DNA of 43,631 bases, from positions 1-43,631 of the IMG/VR virus record IMGVR_UViG_3300038393_001615. One strand, given 5' to 3'. The position numbers and the translations under genes were made by a program. The notes beneath the pieces are model-generated. The model was given only the letters and a program-made list of their open reading frames with translations, was not told the DNA's origin and made no database searches. This document shows, piece after piece, positions 16,985 to 26,452 of the stretch (position 1 is its first letter; each line of letters opens with the position of its first letter). This stretch comes from a virus. Lineage: Duplodnaviria; Caudoviricetes.

Positions 16985-18111
16985 TTGGCAAATACCTTTC
17001 GGGCTTGGGTGACGTCCGCGGGCACCAGTTTGAGCGAGCCGCGTGGACGGAAAGAGTATTGACTAATGACGGTTTCGTCAATACCGAGTTTGATTGCTTG
17101 CGTCGGAGTGATGGGCTCCGGCGGCTTGGTCAGCGACTTCCCGTAGAGCTGCCCGAGCGCGATCACGTCTTCGATCGGGCGGTTCCACGTCAGATGCGGC
17201 TTGGTCTCACCGAGACCCCAGTGCGGCACGTACTCGCCACGCCGCAGCTGCTCCATCGCCTGCGTTTCGAGCCCGTCGACGCGCGCCTTCAATGCGTCGT
17301 AGGCCCGGCGCAGCCGCTTGAGTTCCGAGCCGGTCTGCGAGGCGGTGAGGTCGAAGGGCACCGGCGCCGATGCGATGGCCGCGGCGTCGTAGGCCGACTG
17401 CTGGAGCGCCGTGCACGCGTGGCGAGCCTTGCAGTCACGGCACCACGCGCCGACGGTGCATTGCGCGTCGTCCAGCACCGCACGCTCGGCCGCCGCGCGC
17501 AGCTCGTTGAAGTAGGGCAGGAGATCCTGCGCCCGGATCTCCCAGGTGCGGATCGGCCCTTCGCGGCGGTAGCTGCGTGGCTGGATGATGTGCATGCGCA
17601 CCAGCATGTCGGGGCTGGCCAGGTGGAGCGGCAGATCCCCGATGATGTCCGCGACGTAGCAGAGCAGCTGCTGGTTCTCGAACACCTCGACGTAGCGGAA
17701 CCCGTACTTGTAGTCCCACACGTCGAGCACGTTGTTCCAGAGCGCCCAGCCATCGGGCGTGCCGTACACCTGCGGGTGAATCGTCCGCCGGGTTGTGGCC
17801 AGCTCGACGCGCAACGCCTGGGGGATCGCGCGGATCGCCTCGGCGCCGAAGCGTTCGAGGACGTGGTTCGAGTAGAGGTTCGCGCCTTCCTGCATGTCGT
17901 GATCGATCACCACGCCGTTCGGAGCGGCCACGCCGACGTCGAGCAGCACGCCTGTGAGCAGGAGGGTGCGAGCGACCCAGTGGGCCGCATCGCCTTCCCG
18001 CGCTTCCTCGCCGTCCGTGTCGGGGTACAGCCGCTCCAGTTGCGGAGAGCCTGCGCACCAGCGCCAGCGACCCGCGCTGCTCGGCGCGAGCGGAGCATGC
18101 ACGCCGCTCAC
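16981..18111 (-). CDS. Cas4-like PD-(D/E)xK exonuclease (DUF2800-like)
   Basis: HAPLAPSSAGRWRWCAGS, EGDAAH, YGTPD, DYKYG, NQQLLCY, IIQPR, WCRDCKARHAC. Confidence 0.85.
   Translation of the reverse strand: MSGVHAPLAPSSAGRWRWCAGSPQLERLYPDTDGEEAREGDAAHWVARTLLLTGVLLDVGVAAPNGVVIDHDMQEGANLYSNHVLERFGAEAIRAIPQALRVELATTRRTIHPQVYGTPDGWALWNNVLDVWDYKYGFRYVEVFENQQLLCYVADIIGDLPLHLASPDMLVRMHIIQPRSYRREGPIRTWEIRAQDLLPYFNELRAAAERAVLDDAQCTVGAWCRDCKARHACTALQQSAYDAAAIASAPVPFDLTASQTGSELKRLRRAYDALKARVDGLETQAMEQLRRGEYVPHWGLGETKPHLTWNRPIEDVIALGQLYGKSLTKPPEPITPTQAIKLGIDETVISQYSFRPRGSLKLVPADVTQARKVFAK
17053..17081 (-). promoter_or_regulatory. Sigma70-like promoter for the SSB-like gene, overlapped by a TGACG-N4-CGTCA palindrome (17067-17080)
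   Basis: Minus strand TTGACG-17 nt-TACTCT in an AT-rich patch. Confidence 0.65.
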
Positions 18112-18974
18112 AGAACGATCTCGCAGCAGGCGGCCGGAATGTGCCAGTCGCCAACCTTGACCGTCGCCGGGTGCGTGCGCATCGCTTCGACGCGTTCCTC
18201 GACGATGTAGATGTTGCCGACCAGCTTGCCCATCGCCGGCACCCAGCCTTCCCACTCCGGCGCCGACTGGAACACCCGCACGCGCAAGCCGACGCGGATC
18301 TGATCGGGGCTGCAGCGCGCCGGCGGCTGCTCGACCAGGGCGTGCGCGGTGAAGTGCACGTCTCCTACCGATGCGATCTCGGCGCCCAGCGTGCAGTCGA
18401 CGTCGTGCGTGTCGATGTTGCCGCATTGCACGCACGGGTCGCCGAGCGCGGTGACGGTGCCGGTCGGCGCGCAATACGGGCCGGCGGCGATCTTCGCGCG
18501 GATCAAGCGATCCATCTCGGCGGCGATGAGCTGGCCAGCCTTCGACAGCTCGCGCAGACGGTCGCCGGGCTTCCACCACGCGTCGTCCCACGTCGACGGC
18601 CAGCCCTCGGGTGAGAGGCCGCAGTAGCTCCGCTCATCTTCGGGCATGGCGTAGCACGCCGCGGCAGACGCCAGCTCGCCGCGGACGTACTGATCGTCGC
18701 GCTCCGTCGAGAACCCTTCGACATCGCGCACGCGCTCGCACTCCAGCTCGATGAGATTGAGCCCCGTGGTCGTCGGCGCCAGGTGCTGCTCACCGGGCTT
18801 GGGCATCCACGCCTGCATCGCGGCGGTGATAGCGACACGGCCCTTGAGTTTCAACAGGATGGCGCCGGCCAGCGCCTGGCCGCGCGCCTCCGATTCGGCG
18901 TCGGGCGTGTCGTCGAGCTGCAGGATGCCCAGCAGCCAGGTGAGCATTTCAGTATCGGTGCGCTGCATGGTCAT
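18108..18974 (-). CDS. Multi-domain hypothetical phage protein
   Basis: The central segment (EGFSTERDD...GELASAAACYA...WWKP...AGQLIAAEMDRL) resembles a common uncharacterised phage domain; stop coupled to the next gene. Confidence 0.7.
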   Translation of the reverse strand: MTMQRTDTEMLTWLLGILQLDDTPDAESEARGQALAGAILLKLKGRVAITAAMQAWMPKPGEQHLAPTTTGLNLIELECERVRDVEGFSTERDDQYVRGELASAAACYAMPEDERSYCGLSPEGWPSTWDDAWWKPGDRLRELSKAGQLIAAEMDRLIRAKIAAGPYCAPTGTVTALGDPCVQCGNIDTHDVDCTLGAEIASVGDVHFTAHALVEQPPARCSPDQIRVGLRVRVFQSAPEWEGWVPAMGKLVGNIYIVEERVEAMRTHPATVKVGDWHIPAACCEIVL

Positions 18975-18980
18975 CGCCCC

Positions 18981-19826
18981 TTACGCCGGCAGGCGGTCGA
19001 CGAACGACTGGAACAGCTCGGGGTGCCGCGCGAGATCCGCGAAGGCGGCAAGGCCGATTGCGGCAGCGTGGGCGGTGAGATCCGTCTGGGTCAGCTTGCC
19101 CTCGCCCTGCAGCTTCACGACGCGCGTGACGATGCCGGGGAAGTCGAGCGGCGCACCACTGGCGGCAGGTGCCGGCGGGGCAGCAGGCGCAGCGGCGGGT
19201 GCGGGCGGAGCCTCGGGCGCCGGCGGGGCAGGCGGCGCGGCAGGCGCAGCGGCGGATGCCGGCTGGGCGTTGGCCATGCCCTCGCGCAGCTCGCGCTCGA
19301 CCGCCTTCACCGTCATCTCGGCGACGCCCTTGCGCAAGCGCCAGGTGCCGTCTTTGTTCTGGGCGCGGCTGCCGGAATGGATGCGCTCATCCCAGGGCAG
19401 GCCCGTCTTGTCCAGCGCAACCGCGCCGTTGGCAGGGGCCGGCGCCGCAGCGGGTGCACCAGCCGTCGCGGTAGCCGGGGCAGGCGGGGCCGCGTTCGAG
19501 GCGGTCGAAGTATCCGTCGGAGCCGCGGGGGCAGTCGGAGACGCCTCGGCAGCGGCAGGCGACGGGGCACCGGCCAAAGGGCCGCCACCGAACACCTGGG
19601 CCGGGTCGGGCATCGACTCGCCCGCGGTGACAACGGTCGAGCCGGGCAGGGTCGTGGCGCCGGTCACGACGGGAACGCCCGCCTTGTCGGCCGCAGCGAT
19701 GAGGTCGGCGACCACCGCGCCGCCAGGCCGCGAAACCGCGAAACCGTAGATCTCGCCGATGGCGGAAAGCAGCGGCGCGACTTGAGCGCGAGACTCGGTG
19801 CCGTCCAGTTCAATTGTCAATTTCAT
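18981..19826 (-). CDS. Pro/Ala-rich hypothetical protein
   Basis: AGGAG RBS; core LDKTGLPWDERIHS...DGTWRLRKGV flanked by low-complexity linkers. Confidence 0.8.
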   Translation of the reverse strand: MKLTIELDGTESRAQVAPLLSAIGEIYGFAVSRPGGAVVADLIAAADKAGVPVVTGATTLPGSTVVTAGESMPDPAQVFGGGPLAGAPSPAAAEASPTAPAAPTDTSTASNAAPPAPATATAGAPAAAPAPANGAVALDKTGLPWDERIHSGSRAQNKDGTWRLRKGVAEMTVKAVERELREGMANAQPASAAAPAAPPAPPAPEAPPAPAAAPAAPPAPAASGAPLDFPGIVTRVVKLQGEGKLTQTDLTAHAAAIGLAAFADLARHPELFQSFVDRLPA

Positions 19827-19849
19827 GCGTTGCTCCTGTGAAGGGTGTG

Positions 19850-19892
19850 TTGACGCGCCGGCACTCTAAACGCATACTGTCGGCCCCGTCAA
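19850..19892. promoter_or_regulatory. Overlapping divergent sigma70-like promoters
   Basis: Plus: TTGACG(19850)-17-CATACT. Minus: TTGACG(19892)-18-TAGAGT. Near-palindrome TGTCG-GCCC-CGTCA at 19878-19891; lies in the gap between divergent operons. Confidence 0.7.
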
Positions 19893-19905
19893 TAGGGATT
19901 TTCAG

Positions 19906-21711
19906 ATGCCGACGCTTCGCCCATACCAAGCTCAACTGGAACACGGCATTTACTCCGCGTGGGCCGAGTTGGAAGCCGCGAATCCGGTGCCTCCGCCGGG
20001 CGGCCACGTGGTAGGCATCCAAAGTCCGACCGGCTCGGGCAAGACGGTCACGTTCTGCGACGTGATGAGCGCCCACAACTGCGCCAGCGCCGCCATCGCG
20101 CACCGCAAAGAGCTGGTCAGCCAGATGTCGATTGCCCTCGCGCGCAACGGTGTGCGCCATCGCGTCGTCGGCCCCGATGCGCTGCGCCGCGAGATCACCA
20201 GCCTCCATATGGCCGAGCTGGGGCGCAGCTACTACGACCCGAGCGCCCGCTGCGGCGTGGTCGGCATTGACTCGCTTCCGGGTCTCAGCGATTGCGACCC
20301 CTGGCTCAACCAGGTGCAGCTCTGGATCGGCGACGAGGGCCATCACTTCCTGCGCGAGAACAAGTGGGGCCAAGGCGTCGCGAAGCTGCGCAACGCGCGC
20401 CGCGGGCTGCTCGCTTCCGCAACGTGGTTCCGCGCAGACGGCAAGGGTCTGGGCCGCGGCGTGTTGTTGCCCGACGGCAAGTGGAGCAACGACGGCATCG
20501 CCGATCGCCTGGTGCTCGGCCCGTCGATGCGCGACCTCATCGACCAGGGCTATCTCACCGACTACAAGCTGATCGCGCCGGAGTCGGACATCGACTACTC
20601 GCAGGTGCCGGTCACCGAGAGCGGCGATCTCTCACCGGCGAAGCTGCGCGCGGCCGTGCACAAGTCGACGCGCATCGTTGGCGACGTGGTGGAGCACTAC
20701 CTCAAGTTCGCCGCGGGCAAGGTCGGCGTGACCTTCGCCGTGGACATCGAGGCGGCCACGGAGATCGCCGCCGCGTACCGCGCCGCGGGCGTGCCGGCCG
20801 AGGTCATCAGCTCCAAGACGCCGCCGGCGCTGCGCGCGCTGCTGCTGCGCCAGTTGCGCAACCGCGAGATCCTGCAGCTGGTCAACGTCGATCTGTTCGG
20901 CGAGGGCTTCGATCTGCCGGCGATCGAGGTCGTGTCGATGGTGCGCAAGACCGAGAGCAAGTCGCTCTACGACCAGCAGTTCGGCCGCGGCCTGCGCCTG
21001 ATGATCTCGAAGGATCTGCAGGATCGCTGGGATACCTTCACCGACACGGAGCGCCGCGCCCACATCGCCGCGAGCCCGAAGCCCTACGCCATCATCATCG
21101 ACCACGTGGGCAACTGGGAGCGCCACCTGCCGCCCGACGGCCCGCGCTTCCATACGCTCGATCGTCGCGAGCGCCGCGCACGCACGCTGCCGGTCGACGC
21201 CATCCCGCTGCGGGCGTGCTTGAACAAGAATCCGCTGTGCCTGCGCACCTACGAGCGCGTGCTGCCCAAGTGCCCCTACTGCGGCCATAAGCCGGTGCCG
21301 ACGGAGCGCTCCGCGCCGGAGCTGGTCGACGGCGACCTGGCCGAGGTCGATCCAGCCGTCATCGCCGCGCTGTGCGGCCGCGTGGCCAAGGTCGACGGAG
21401 CGTTCTACGCGCCGGCCGGGCTCGAAGGCGCCGCGGCGCAGGCGGCCAAGAATCGCCACGTCGAGCGCCAGCATGCGCAACGCGAGCTGCGTGGTGCCAT
21501 CGCCCTCTGGAGCGGCTACCAGACCGTGCTGGGCCGCGAGATGGCCGAGCAGCACCGCCGGTTTTTCCATATGTTCGGCATCGACGTGCTGACCGCCCAG
21601 TCGCTCGGGCGCCCGGAAGCCGAGGCGCTGCACGCTCGAATCACAGAACGCTTGACTGCTGACGGTATCGTCAGTAGTGTTGGCCACGCTCAACTACCGG
21701 AGTTTGCTTAA
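19906..21711 (+). CDS. Superfamily 2 DNA helicase with C-terminal zinc finger
   Basis: LRPYQ, PTGSGKT, DEGHH, SAT, DLFGEGFDLP, YDQQFGRGLR, IIDHVGN, C..C/CPYCG. Confidence 0.92.
   Translation: MPTLRPYQAQLEHGIYSAWAELEAANPVPPPGGHVVGIQSPTGSGKTVTFCDVMSAHNCASAAIAHRKELVSQMSIALARNGVRHRVVGPDALRREITSLHMAELGRSYYDPSARCGVVGIDSLPGLSDCDPWLNQVQLWIGDEGHHFLRENKWGQGVAKLRNARRGLLASATWFRADGKGLGRGVLLPDGKWSNDGIADRLVLGPSMRDLIDQGYLTDYKLIAPESDIDYSQVPVTESGDLSPAKLRAAVHKSTRIVGDVVEHYLKFAAGKVGVTFAVDIEAATEIAAAYRAAGVPAEVISSKTPPALRALLLRQLRNREILQLVNVDLFGEGFDLPAIEVVSMVRKTESKSLYDQQFGRGLRLMISKDLQDRWDTFTDTERRAHIAASPKPYAIIIDHVGNWERHLPPDGPRFHTLDRRERRARTLPVDAIPLRACLNKNPLCLRTYERVLPKCPYCGHKPVPTERSAPELVDGDLAEVDPAVIAALCGRVAKVDGAFYAPAGLEGAAAQAAKNRHVERQHAQRELRGAIALWSGYQTVLGREMAEQHRRFFHMFGIDVLTAQSLGRPEAEALHARITERLTADGIVSSVGHAQLPEFA
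21652..21680 (+). promoter_or_regulatory. Sigma70-like promoter with a TGACG-GTAT-CGTCA palindrome in the spacer
   Basis: TTGACT-17-TAGTGT upstream of the 21711 gene cluster. Confidence 0.6.
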
Positions 21712-21947
21712 TGATCCGCGTTCCCGTACTACTCGGCTTCAACCACGCGCAGCAGATCGGCACGCTGGAGGTCGACGAGAAACAACTGCCTCCTGGCGCC
21801 GGCTATCACTTCGCGCTCGGCTATCGCGTGCTCGAACACAACGGCGCGTTCGCGGAGAAGATCGAGCTGCTGTGCGTGGGCCTCACGCCCGACGACCAAT
21901 TCCGGCCCGAGACGCTGCCGCGGCCTTTCGACGGGAGCGCCGCATGA
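21711..21947 (+). CDS. Hypothetical protein
   Basis: TAATG coupling, GGAG RBS. Confidence 0.7.
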   Translation: MIRVPVLLGFNHAQQIGTLEVDEKQLPPGAGYHFALGYRVLEHNGAFAEKIELLCVGLTPDDQFRPETLPRPFDGSAA

Positions 21948-22423
21948 GCCTCGAAGTCATGCGCGAGTGGGCTGCCTCGTGGGGTATCTCCCCGGCCGCG
22001 CTCATCGACCTTCGCGCCCGTCTCGGCGCCGGCGACGCTCCGCCGCTGCAGTCCGGCACGAGCGAGGCGGCGGTGCAGAGCCAGGTGCGTCTCGAAGGGA
22101 GCCGTAAGGGCATCCATCTGTTCCGCAACAACGTGGGCGCGATGTACGACGAGGCGGGCAACTTTGTGCGCTTCGGCCTGGCCAACGACTCGGCGGCGAT
22201 GAACAAGGTCGTCAAGTCTGGTGATCTCATCGGCATCCGCCCGGTGCTCATCACGGAGCGGCACCTGGGCTCGGTGATCGGCCAGTTCGTCAGCCGCGAG
22301 ATCAAGGCCGGCGGTTGGCGCTACGCTGGCACCGAGCGCGAGCAGGCGCAGCTGGCGTGGGCGCAACTCATCATTGCTAACGGCGGCGACGCATCGTTCG
22401 CTTCCGGGGAGGGAACGCTGTGA
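21944..22423 (+). CDS. VRR-NUC-like nuclease
   Basis: SEAAVQ, LFRNNVG, VRFGL, SGDLIG, EIK, EQAQ..W..GG. Confidence 0.8.
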   Translation: MSLEVMREWAASWGISPAALIDLRARLGAGDAPPLQSGTSEAAVQSQVRLEGSRKGIHLFRNNVGAMYDEAGNFVRFGLANDSAAMNKVVKSGDLIGIRPVLITERHLGSVIGQFVSREIKAGGWRYAGTEREQAQLAWAQLIIANGGDASFASGEGTL

Positions 22424-22683
22424 GGTACTGGGACTGGACAGACTGGTTGTTCGCCGCGTTCATCGCCGTGGCGTCGGTCGCCATCGTGGGCGGCTTGGCC
22501 ACCGCGATCGTCGTTCTCGTGCAGCGGGAGCGCAGCCCGACGTTCGAGTTGCGCAAGGCCGACTGGCATTGCACCGCGCATCACCAGGAGACGCGCCTCT
22601 TGCCGATCCATAGCGGCAAGACCACGATCATCGTGCCGCAGTCGGATGACGTGTGCGACACCTACGTGAGGGTCGGTCGATGA
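22420..22683 (+). CDS. Single-pass membrane hypothetical protein
   Basis: N-terminal hydrophobic helix, two Cys; GTGA coupling. Confidence 0.7.
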   Translation: MRYWDWTDWLFAAFIAVASVAIVGGLATAIVVLVQRERSPTFELRKADWHCTAHHQETRLLPIHSGKTTIIVPQSDDVCDTYVRVGR

Positions 22684-22919
22684 GCACCACGATTACCGTC
22701 GCCGCCATCGATGGCCAGCGCGTGCGGATCGACGTCGACTCGATCAAGGGCACGAAAGGCTACGCCATGCACGGCGGCCGCGCGCACCACACGGACATCA
22801 CCTACGAGCATCCCGACGGGCAGCTGCGCCTGGTGCGCATTGCCGAGCGGGAGGTTCGGTTTCTGGACTTGGTTCGGAGACTCAAGCGATGCACCGCAAA
22901 GCCCGACAACTCGCCCTGA
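22680..22919 (+). CDS. Hypothetical protein
   Basis: ATGA coupling with the upstream gene. Confidence 0.6.
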   Translation: MSTTITVAAIDGQRVRIDVDSIKGTKGYAMHGGRAHHTDITYEHPDGQLRLVRIAEREVRFLDLVRRLKRCTAKPDNSP

Positions 22920-23011
22920 CCCTACCCAATGGCAAGCACACGTCGCCGGCGTTCGAGCGCGCCAAGCGCGAGGCCGCGGCGATGGGTCTCTACGTTGAAC
23001 CCAAGCCTCTA

Positions 23012-23040
23012 TTGACGCCATCGTCGGTTCCGGCTACCGT
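23012..23040 (+). promoter_or_regulatory. Sigma70-like promoter of the TetR-like gene, with near-palindrome TGACG-CCAT-CGTCG
   Basis: TTGACG-17-TACCGT, 27 nt before ATG 23068. Confidence 0.6.
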
Positions 23041-23067
23041 GCCACCGACCCATTCTGGACCCAAGAA

Positions 23068-23388
23068 ATGAAACGCATCCGACTCGAAGCCGACGTCCGC
23101 AAGCAGGTGATCCTGGCCCGTGCCATGACCCTCGCGGCGAAGCACGGCTACACGAACATCACCCGCCAGCAGATCGCCGAAGCCGCCGGCGTGGTCGAGG
23201 CCACGGTCTCGCATCACTTCGGCACGATGGTGCAGTTCCGCCGCGCGCTGATGCGGGCCGCCGTGGACGATGCCGGCAAGACCCCAGCCGCGCTCAAGGT
23301 CGTGCTGCAGGGCTTGGCCGACAAGAATACCTACGCCGCCAAGGCGTCTGACGATCTCAAGGCCCAGGCCGCCGCGGTGCTGGCATGA
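23068..23388 (+). CDS. TetR-like helix-turn-helix regulator
   Basis: RKQVILARAMTLAAKHGYTNITRQQIAEAAGVVEATVSHHFGT matches the TetR N-terminal HTH. Confidence 0.85.
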   Translation: MKRIRLEADVRKQVILARAMTLAAKHGYTNITRQQIAEAAGVVEATVSHHFGTMVQFRRALMRAAVDDAGKTPAALKVVLQGLADKNTYAAKASDDLKAQAAAVLA

Positions 23389-23597
23389 GCCTGCCCGACG
23401 AGCTGGAGCGCGTGCAGCAGCTGACCGGCGCTCCGGCGTCGGCCATCGAGATGCTAGGCAACCCGGTGCTCAACGGGCAGATCGCCCTCAACGAGACGGC
23501 CGTCCGTTACGACGTCCAGATGCGCCCCGGCGAAGCCCGCCTCTATGGGGCGAATGGCCAGTGCGTTAGCATCACGAATATCGCCGTCGACGAGTGA
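23385..23597 (+). CDS. Hypothetical protein
   Basis: ATGA coupling; fills the gap before the primase. Confidence 0.65.
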   Translation: MSLPDELERVQQLTGAPASAIEMLGNPVLNGQIALNETAVRYDVQMRPGEARLYGANGQCVSITNIAVDE

Positions 23598-23603
23598 CCC
23601 CGC

Positions 23604-26033
23604 ATGCAGCAGCTCCCGCTGCCGCTGGCGCCTTTGGCCGCCTACCGGCAATTCATCGTCTACGTGCTGACGCCGAGCACGCGCAAGCCGGGGAAGCTGG
23701 ATAAGCTCCCAGTGCACCACGCAACCGGCGTCGTGGCCGATGCGCACGACCCGGATCTGTGGACCGACTTCGCCACGGCCGCCGCGAGCGCTGCAGCGCG
23801 CGGTCAGGGCTATGGCGTCGGGTTCGTCTTCACCGAGGCCGATCCGTTCTGGTTCTTGGATATTGACGGGTGCTTTGTCAACGGCGCGTGGACGGATACC
23901 GCCCAGCAGATGTGCGCCGCGCTCGAAGGCTGCGCGGTCGAGGTGAGCGTCAGTGGCACCGGCATGCACCTCATCGGCACGGGCGCGGTGCCTGACCACG
24001 GCACGCGCAATGTTCCGTTGCATATGGAGTTCTACCATCGTCGGCGGTTCATGGCGCTGGGCGGTCGTGACGGCGCGATCGGTGACGCCAGCGTCGCCCC
24101 GCCGCGGCTGGCCGAGATCGTCACCACGTACTTTCCGCCGGCCGCGAGCAAGGGCGAGATCGACGACGAGTGGTGGAGCGCCGAGCCGGTGCCGGAATGG
24201 CGCGGCCCGACCGACGACGGCGTACTGCTCGATCGCGCGATGCGCTCGGCCTCGGCGCGCTCGGCCTTTGGCCAGGGCGCTCGGTTCGTGGATCTGTGGA
24301 CCGCCGATGCGACCGTGCTGGGCCGCGTGTGGCCGCCGGACAACGCCACCGACGCCTACAACGCCTCGCACGCCGACGCCGCGCTCGCGCAGCACCTGGC
24401 GTTCTGGACCGGCAACGATGCGGAACGCATCTTGCGGCTGATGCAACAAAGCATGCTTTCGCGTCCGAAGTGGGAGCGCCCCGACTACCTGCCGCGCACG
24501 ATCCGCAACGCCTGCAGCATGCAGCGCGAGTGGCTGATCGACGCACCGGCGCCCCTGCCGCCTACGACCGCCGCGGTGGCCCCGCCAGCGCCCGCCACGG
24601 GCCTCCAGGCGCCGCCGGCGCCATCTGCCGGCCCAGCGGTCGTCGCCGAGCCTGCGCAAGCCTCCGCGGTCGTGGATGCCACGTTCCTGACGCCCGAGCA
24701 CCAGGCGGTGTTTTTCGCCGGCTGCGTCTACATCAAGGACGCCCATCGCGTGCTGCTGCCCGACGGCATGCTGGCCCGGCCCGAGCAGTTCAAGGCGATC
24801 TATGGCGGACGCTCGTTCGTCATGGATCGCGGCAACGAGCGCGTCGTGCGCAACGCCTTCGAGGCGTTCACGGAGAACCAGGCCGTCCGCTTCCCCAAGG
24901 CCGACACGACCTGTTTCTCGCCGAAGCACGCGGCCAGCACCATCATCCACGAGGGCGGACTGGCGCGCGCCAACACCTACGTGCCGATCGCCGTGCCCCG
25001 CGTGCCGGGCGACGTCGCGCGCTTCTGGCGCCATATGTCGCTGCTGTTCCCGATCGAGAGCGATCGGCTGCAGGTGATGGCGTATATGTCCGCCTGCGTG
25101 CAGCACCAGGGCGACAAGTTCCAATGGGCGCCGCTGATCCAGGGCGTGCCGGGCAACGGCAAGACGTGGCTGGCCGTGTGCGTGCAGCGCGCGATCGGCA
25201 AGCGCTACGTCGAGTGGCCCAAGGCCGACAAGATCGGCGACGGCTTCAACGCGTGGCTGGAGGGCAAGGTCTTCTACGCAGTCGACGAGATCTACGTGCC
25301 CGAAAAGCGCCTCGATCTCATGGAGACCTTGAAGCCGATGATTACCGGCGACGAGGGTATCCAAGTGACGCCCAAGGGCGTCGATGCGCGCTCGCGCGAC
25401 ATCTGCGGCAATTTCCTGTTCCTCACGAACCACCAGGACGGCCTGCGCAAGCAGCGCAACGATCGCCGCGTGGCGCCTTACTTCACGCCGCAGCAGACCA
25501 AGGAAGACCTGGCGCGCTGCGGCATGGGCGAGGCCTACTTCGCCGACCTGATCGACTGGTGCAAGGGCCGCAACGCCTACGCCGGCAAGACGCCCGGCTA
25601 TCACCACATTGCCGAGCTGCTGTGGACGTGGGAGATCCCGCACGACCTCGATCCGCGCTTCCACGTTCGCGCGCCGATGACCAGCAGCACCGAGGACGCC
25701 ATTCAAGCCGGCCTGGGTTTCGTCGAGCAGCACGTGGCCGAGGCCATCGCGCAGCAGGAGGTCGGCTTCAAGGGCGGCTGGGCATCGTCGACGGCGCTCG
25801 AACGCGTGCTCGATCGCATCCGCCGACCGATGGCGCCGGCCAAGTACCGCGACATCATGCAGGCGCTGGGCTACGACTGGCACCCGGCGCTGCCCAACGG
25901 CCGCGTCAACAACCAGGTGATGCCCGACGGTACGAAACCGCGCCTGTTCGTTCTGCGTGGCCACGCATCGCTGGCGCTCAACTCGCCGGCGGACGTGGCG
26001 CGCGCTTATTCCGCTGCACAGATGGAGGCCTGA
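23604..26033 (+). CDS. Primase-polymerase/helicase (NrS-1-like AEP + helical bundle + SF3/D5-type helicase)
   Basis: GVGFVF..LDIDGC, EVSVSGTGMH, EFY..RF; ADAALAQHLAFWTG..KW..DY..RTI; Walker A GVPGNGKT, VDEI, FLTNH, DRR. Confidence 0.88.
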   Translation: MQQLPLPLAPLAAYRQFIVYVLTPSTRKPGKLDKLPVHHATGVVADAHDPDLWTDFATAAASAAARGQGYGVGFVFTEADPFWFLDIDGCFVNGAWTDTAQQMCAALEGCAVEVSVSGTGMHLIGTGAVPDHGTRNVPLHMEFYHRRRFMALGGRDGAIGDASVAPPRLAEIVTTYFPPAASKGEIDDEWWSAEPVPEWRGPTDDGVLLDRAMRSASARSAFGQGARFVDLWTADATVLGRVWPPDNATDAYNASHADAALAQHLAFWTGNDAERILRLMQQSMLSRPKWERPDYLPRTIRNACSMQREWLIDAPAPLPPTTAAVAPPAPATGLQAPPAPSAGPAVVAEPAQASAVVDATFLTPEHQAVFFAGCVYIKDAHRVLLPDGMLARPEQFKAIYGGRSFVMDRGNERVVRNAFEAFTENQAVRFPKADTTCFSPKHAASTIIHEGGLARANTYVPIAVPRVPGDVARFWRHMSLLFPIESDRLQVMAYMSACVQHQGDKFQWAPLIQGVPGNGKTWLAVCVQRAIGKRYVEWPKADKIGDGFNAWLEGKVFYAVDEIYVPEKRLDLMETLKPMITGDEGIQVTPKGVDARSRDICGNFLFLTNHQDGLRKQRNDRRVAPYFTPQQTKEDLARCGMGEAYFADLIDWCKGRNAYAGKTPGYHHIAELLWTWEIPHDLDPRFHVRAPMTSSTEDAIQAGLGFVEQHVAEAIAQQEVGFKGGWASSTALERVLDRIRRPMAPAKYRDIMQALGYDWHPALPNGRVNNQVMPDGTKPRLFVLRGHASLALNSPADVARAYSAAQMEA

Positions 26034-26034
26034 G

Positions 26035-26223
26035 ATGCCACCGCTCAAGCCTGACGTCTGTGTGCTGCAGGATCGGCTCGCCGTGTTCATCGGCGCCGAC
26101 TACAAGCTCCTGTCGCTGGAGGTCGCCGACAAGTTCGTGCGCGATGCGCAAGGCGCGTTGGCCAAGCTCCGGCGGCAGGAGAAAGCTCGACTGCGCAAAC
26201 TGCGCAAGGCCTTGGCTGGTTAA
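26035..26223 (+). CDS. Small hypothetical protein
   Basis: GGAGG RBS, ATG just after the primase stop. Confidence 0.6.
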   Translation: MPPLKPDVCVLQDRLAVFIGADYKLLSLEVADKFVRDAQGALAKLRRQEKARLRKLRKALAG

Positions 26224-26269
26224 CTGTCGCGCTTGCTTGGCTCATCACGCCCCGGTCACACTCAGGGCC

Positions 26270-26452
26270 ATGAGACTCCTACTGCAGATCGCGATAGACC
26301 TCGACCGCACGACCCCGCCCGATCGCTGGCACCAGGCCATCGAGAAGCTGCCGCACGAGGCGCGCGAGGCGGTGAAGGCCTACCTGCACACGCACAGCAT
26401 GCGCCGCGCCATCGAGCGCGAGGCGTTCGACCTAGACGCAGATCCGGCCTAG
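26270..26452 (+). CDS. Small hypothetical protein
   Basis: MRLLLQIAIDLDR..., phage-like codon usage. Confidence 0.55.
   Translation: MRLLLQIAIDLDRTTPPDRWHQAIEKLPHEAREAVKAYLHTHSMRRAIEREAFDLDADPA

Noticed and set aside
22889-23071. 60-aa ORF upstream of the TetR-like gene
   Set aside because: No clear RBS and it overlaps the predicted promoter; may be real but is unsupported
24170-26452. 760-aa alternate-frame ORF over the primase
   Set aside because: Arg/Gly/Pro-rich off-frame translation; only the last 60 codons (26270-26452) look like a real gene
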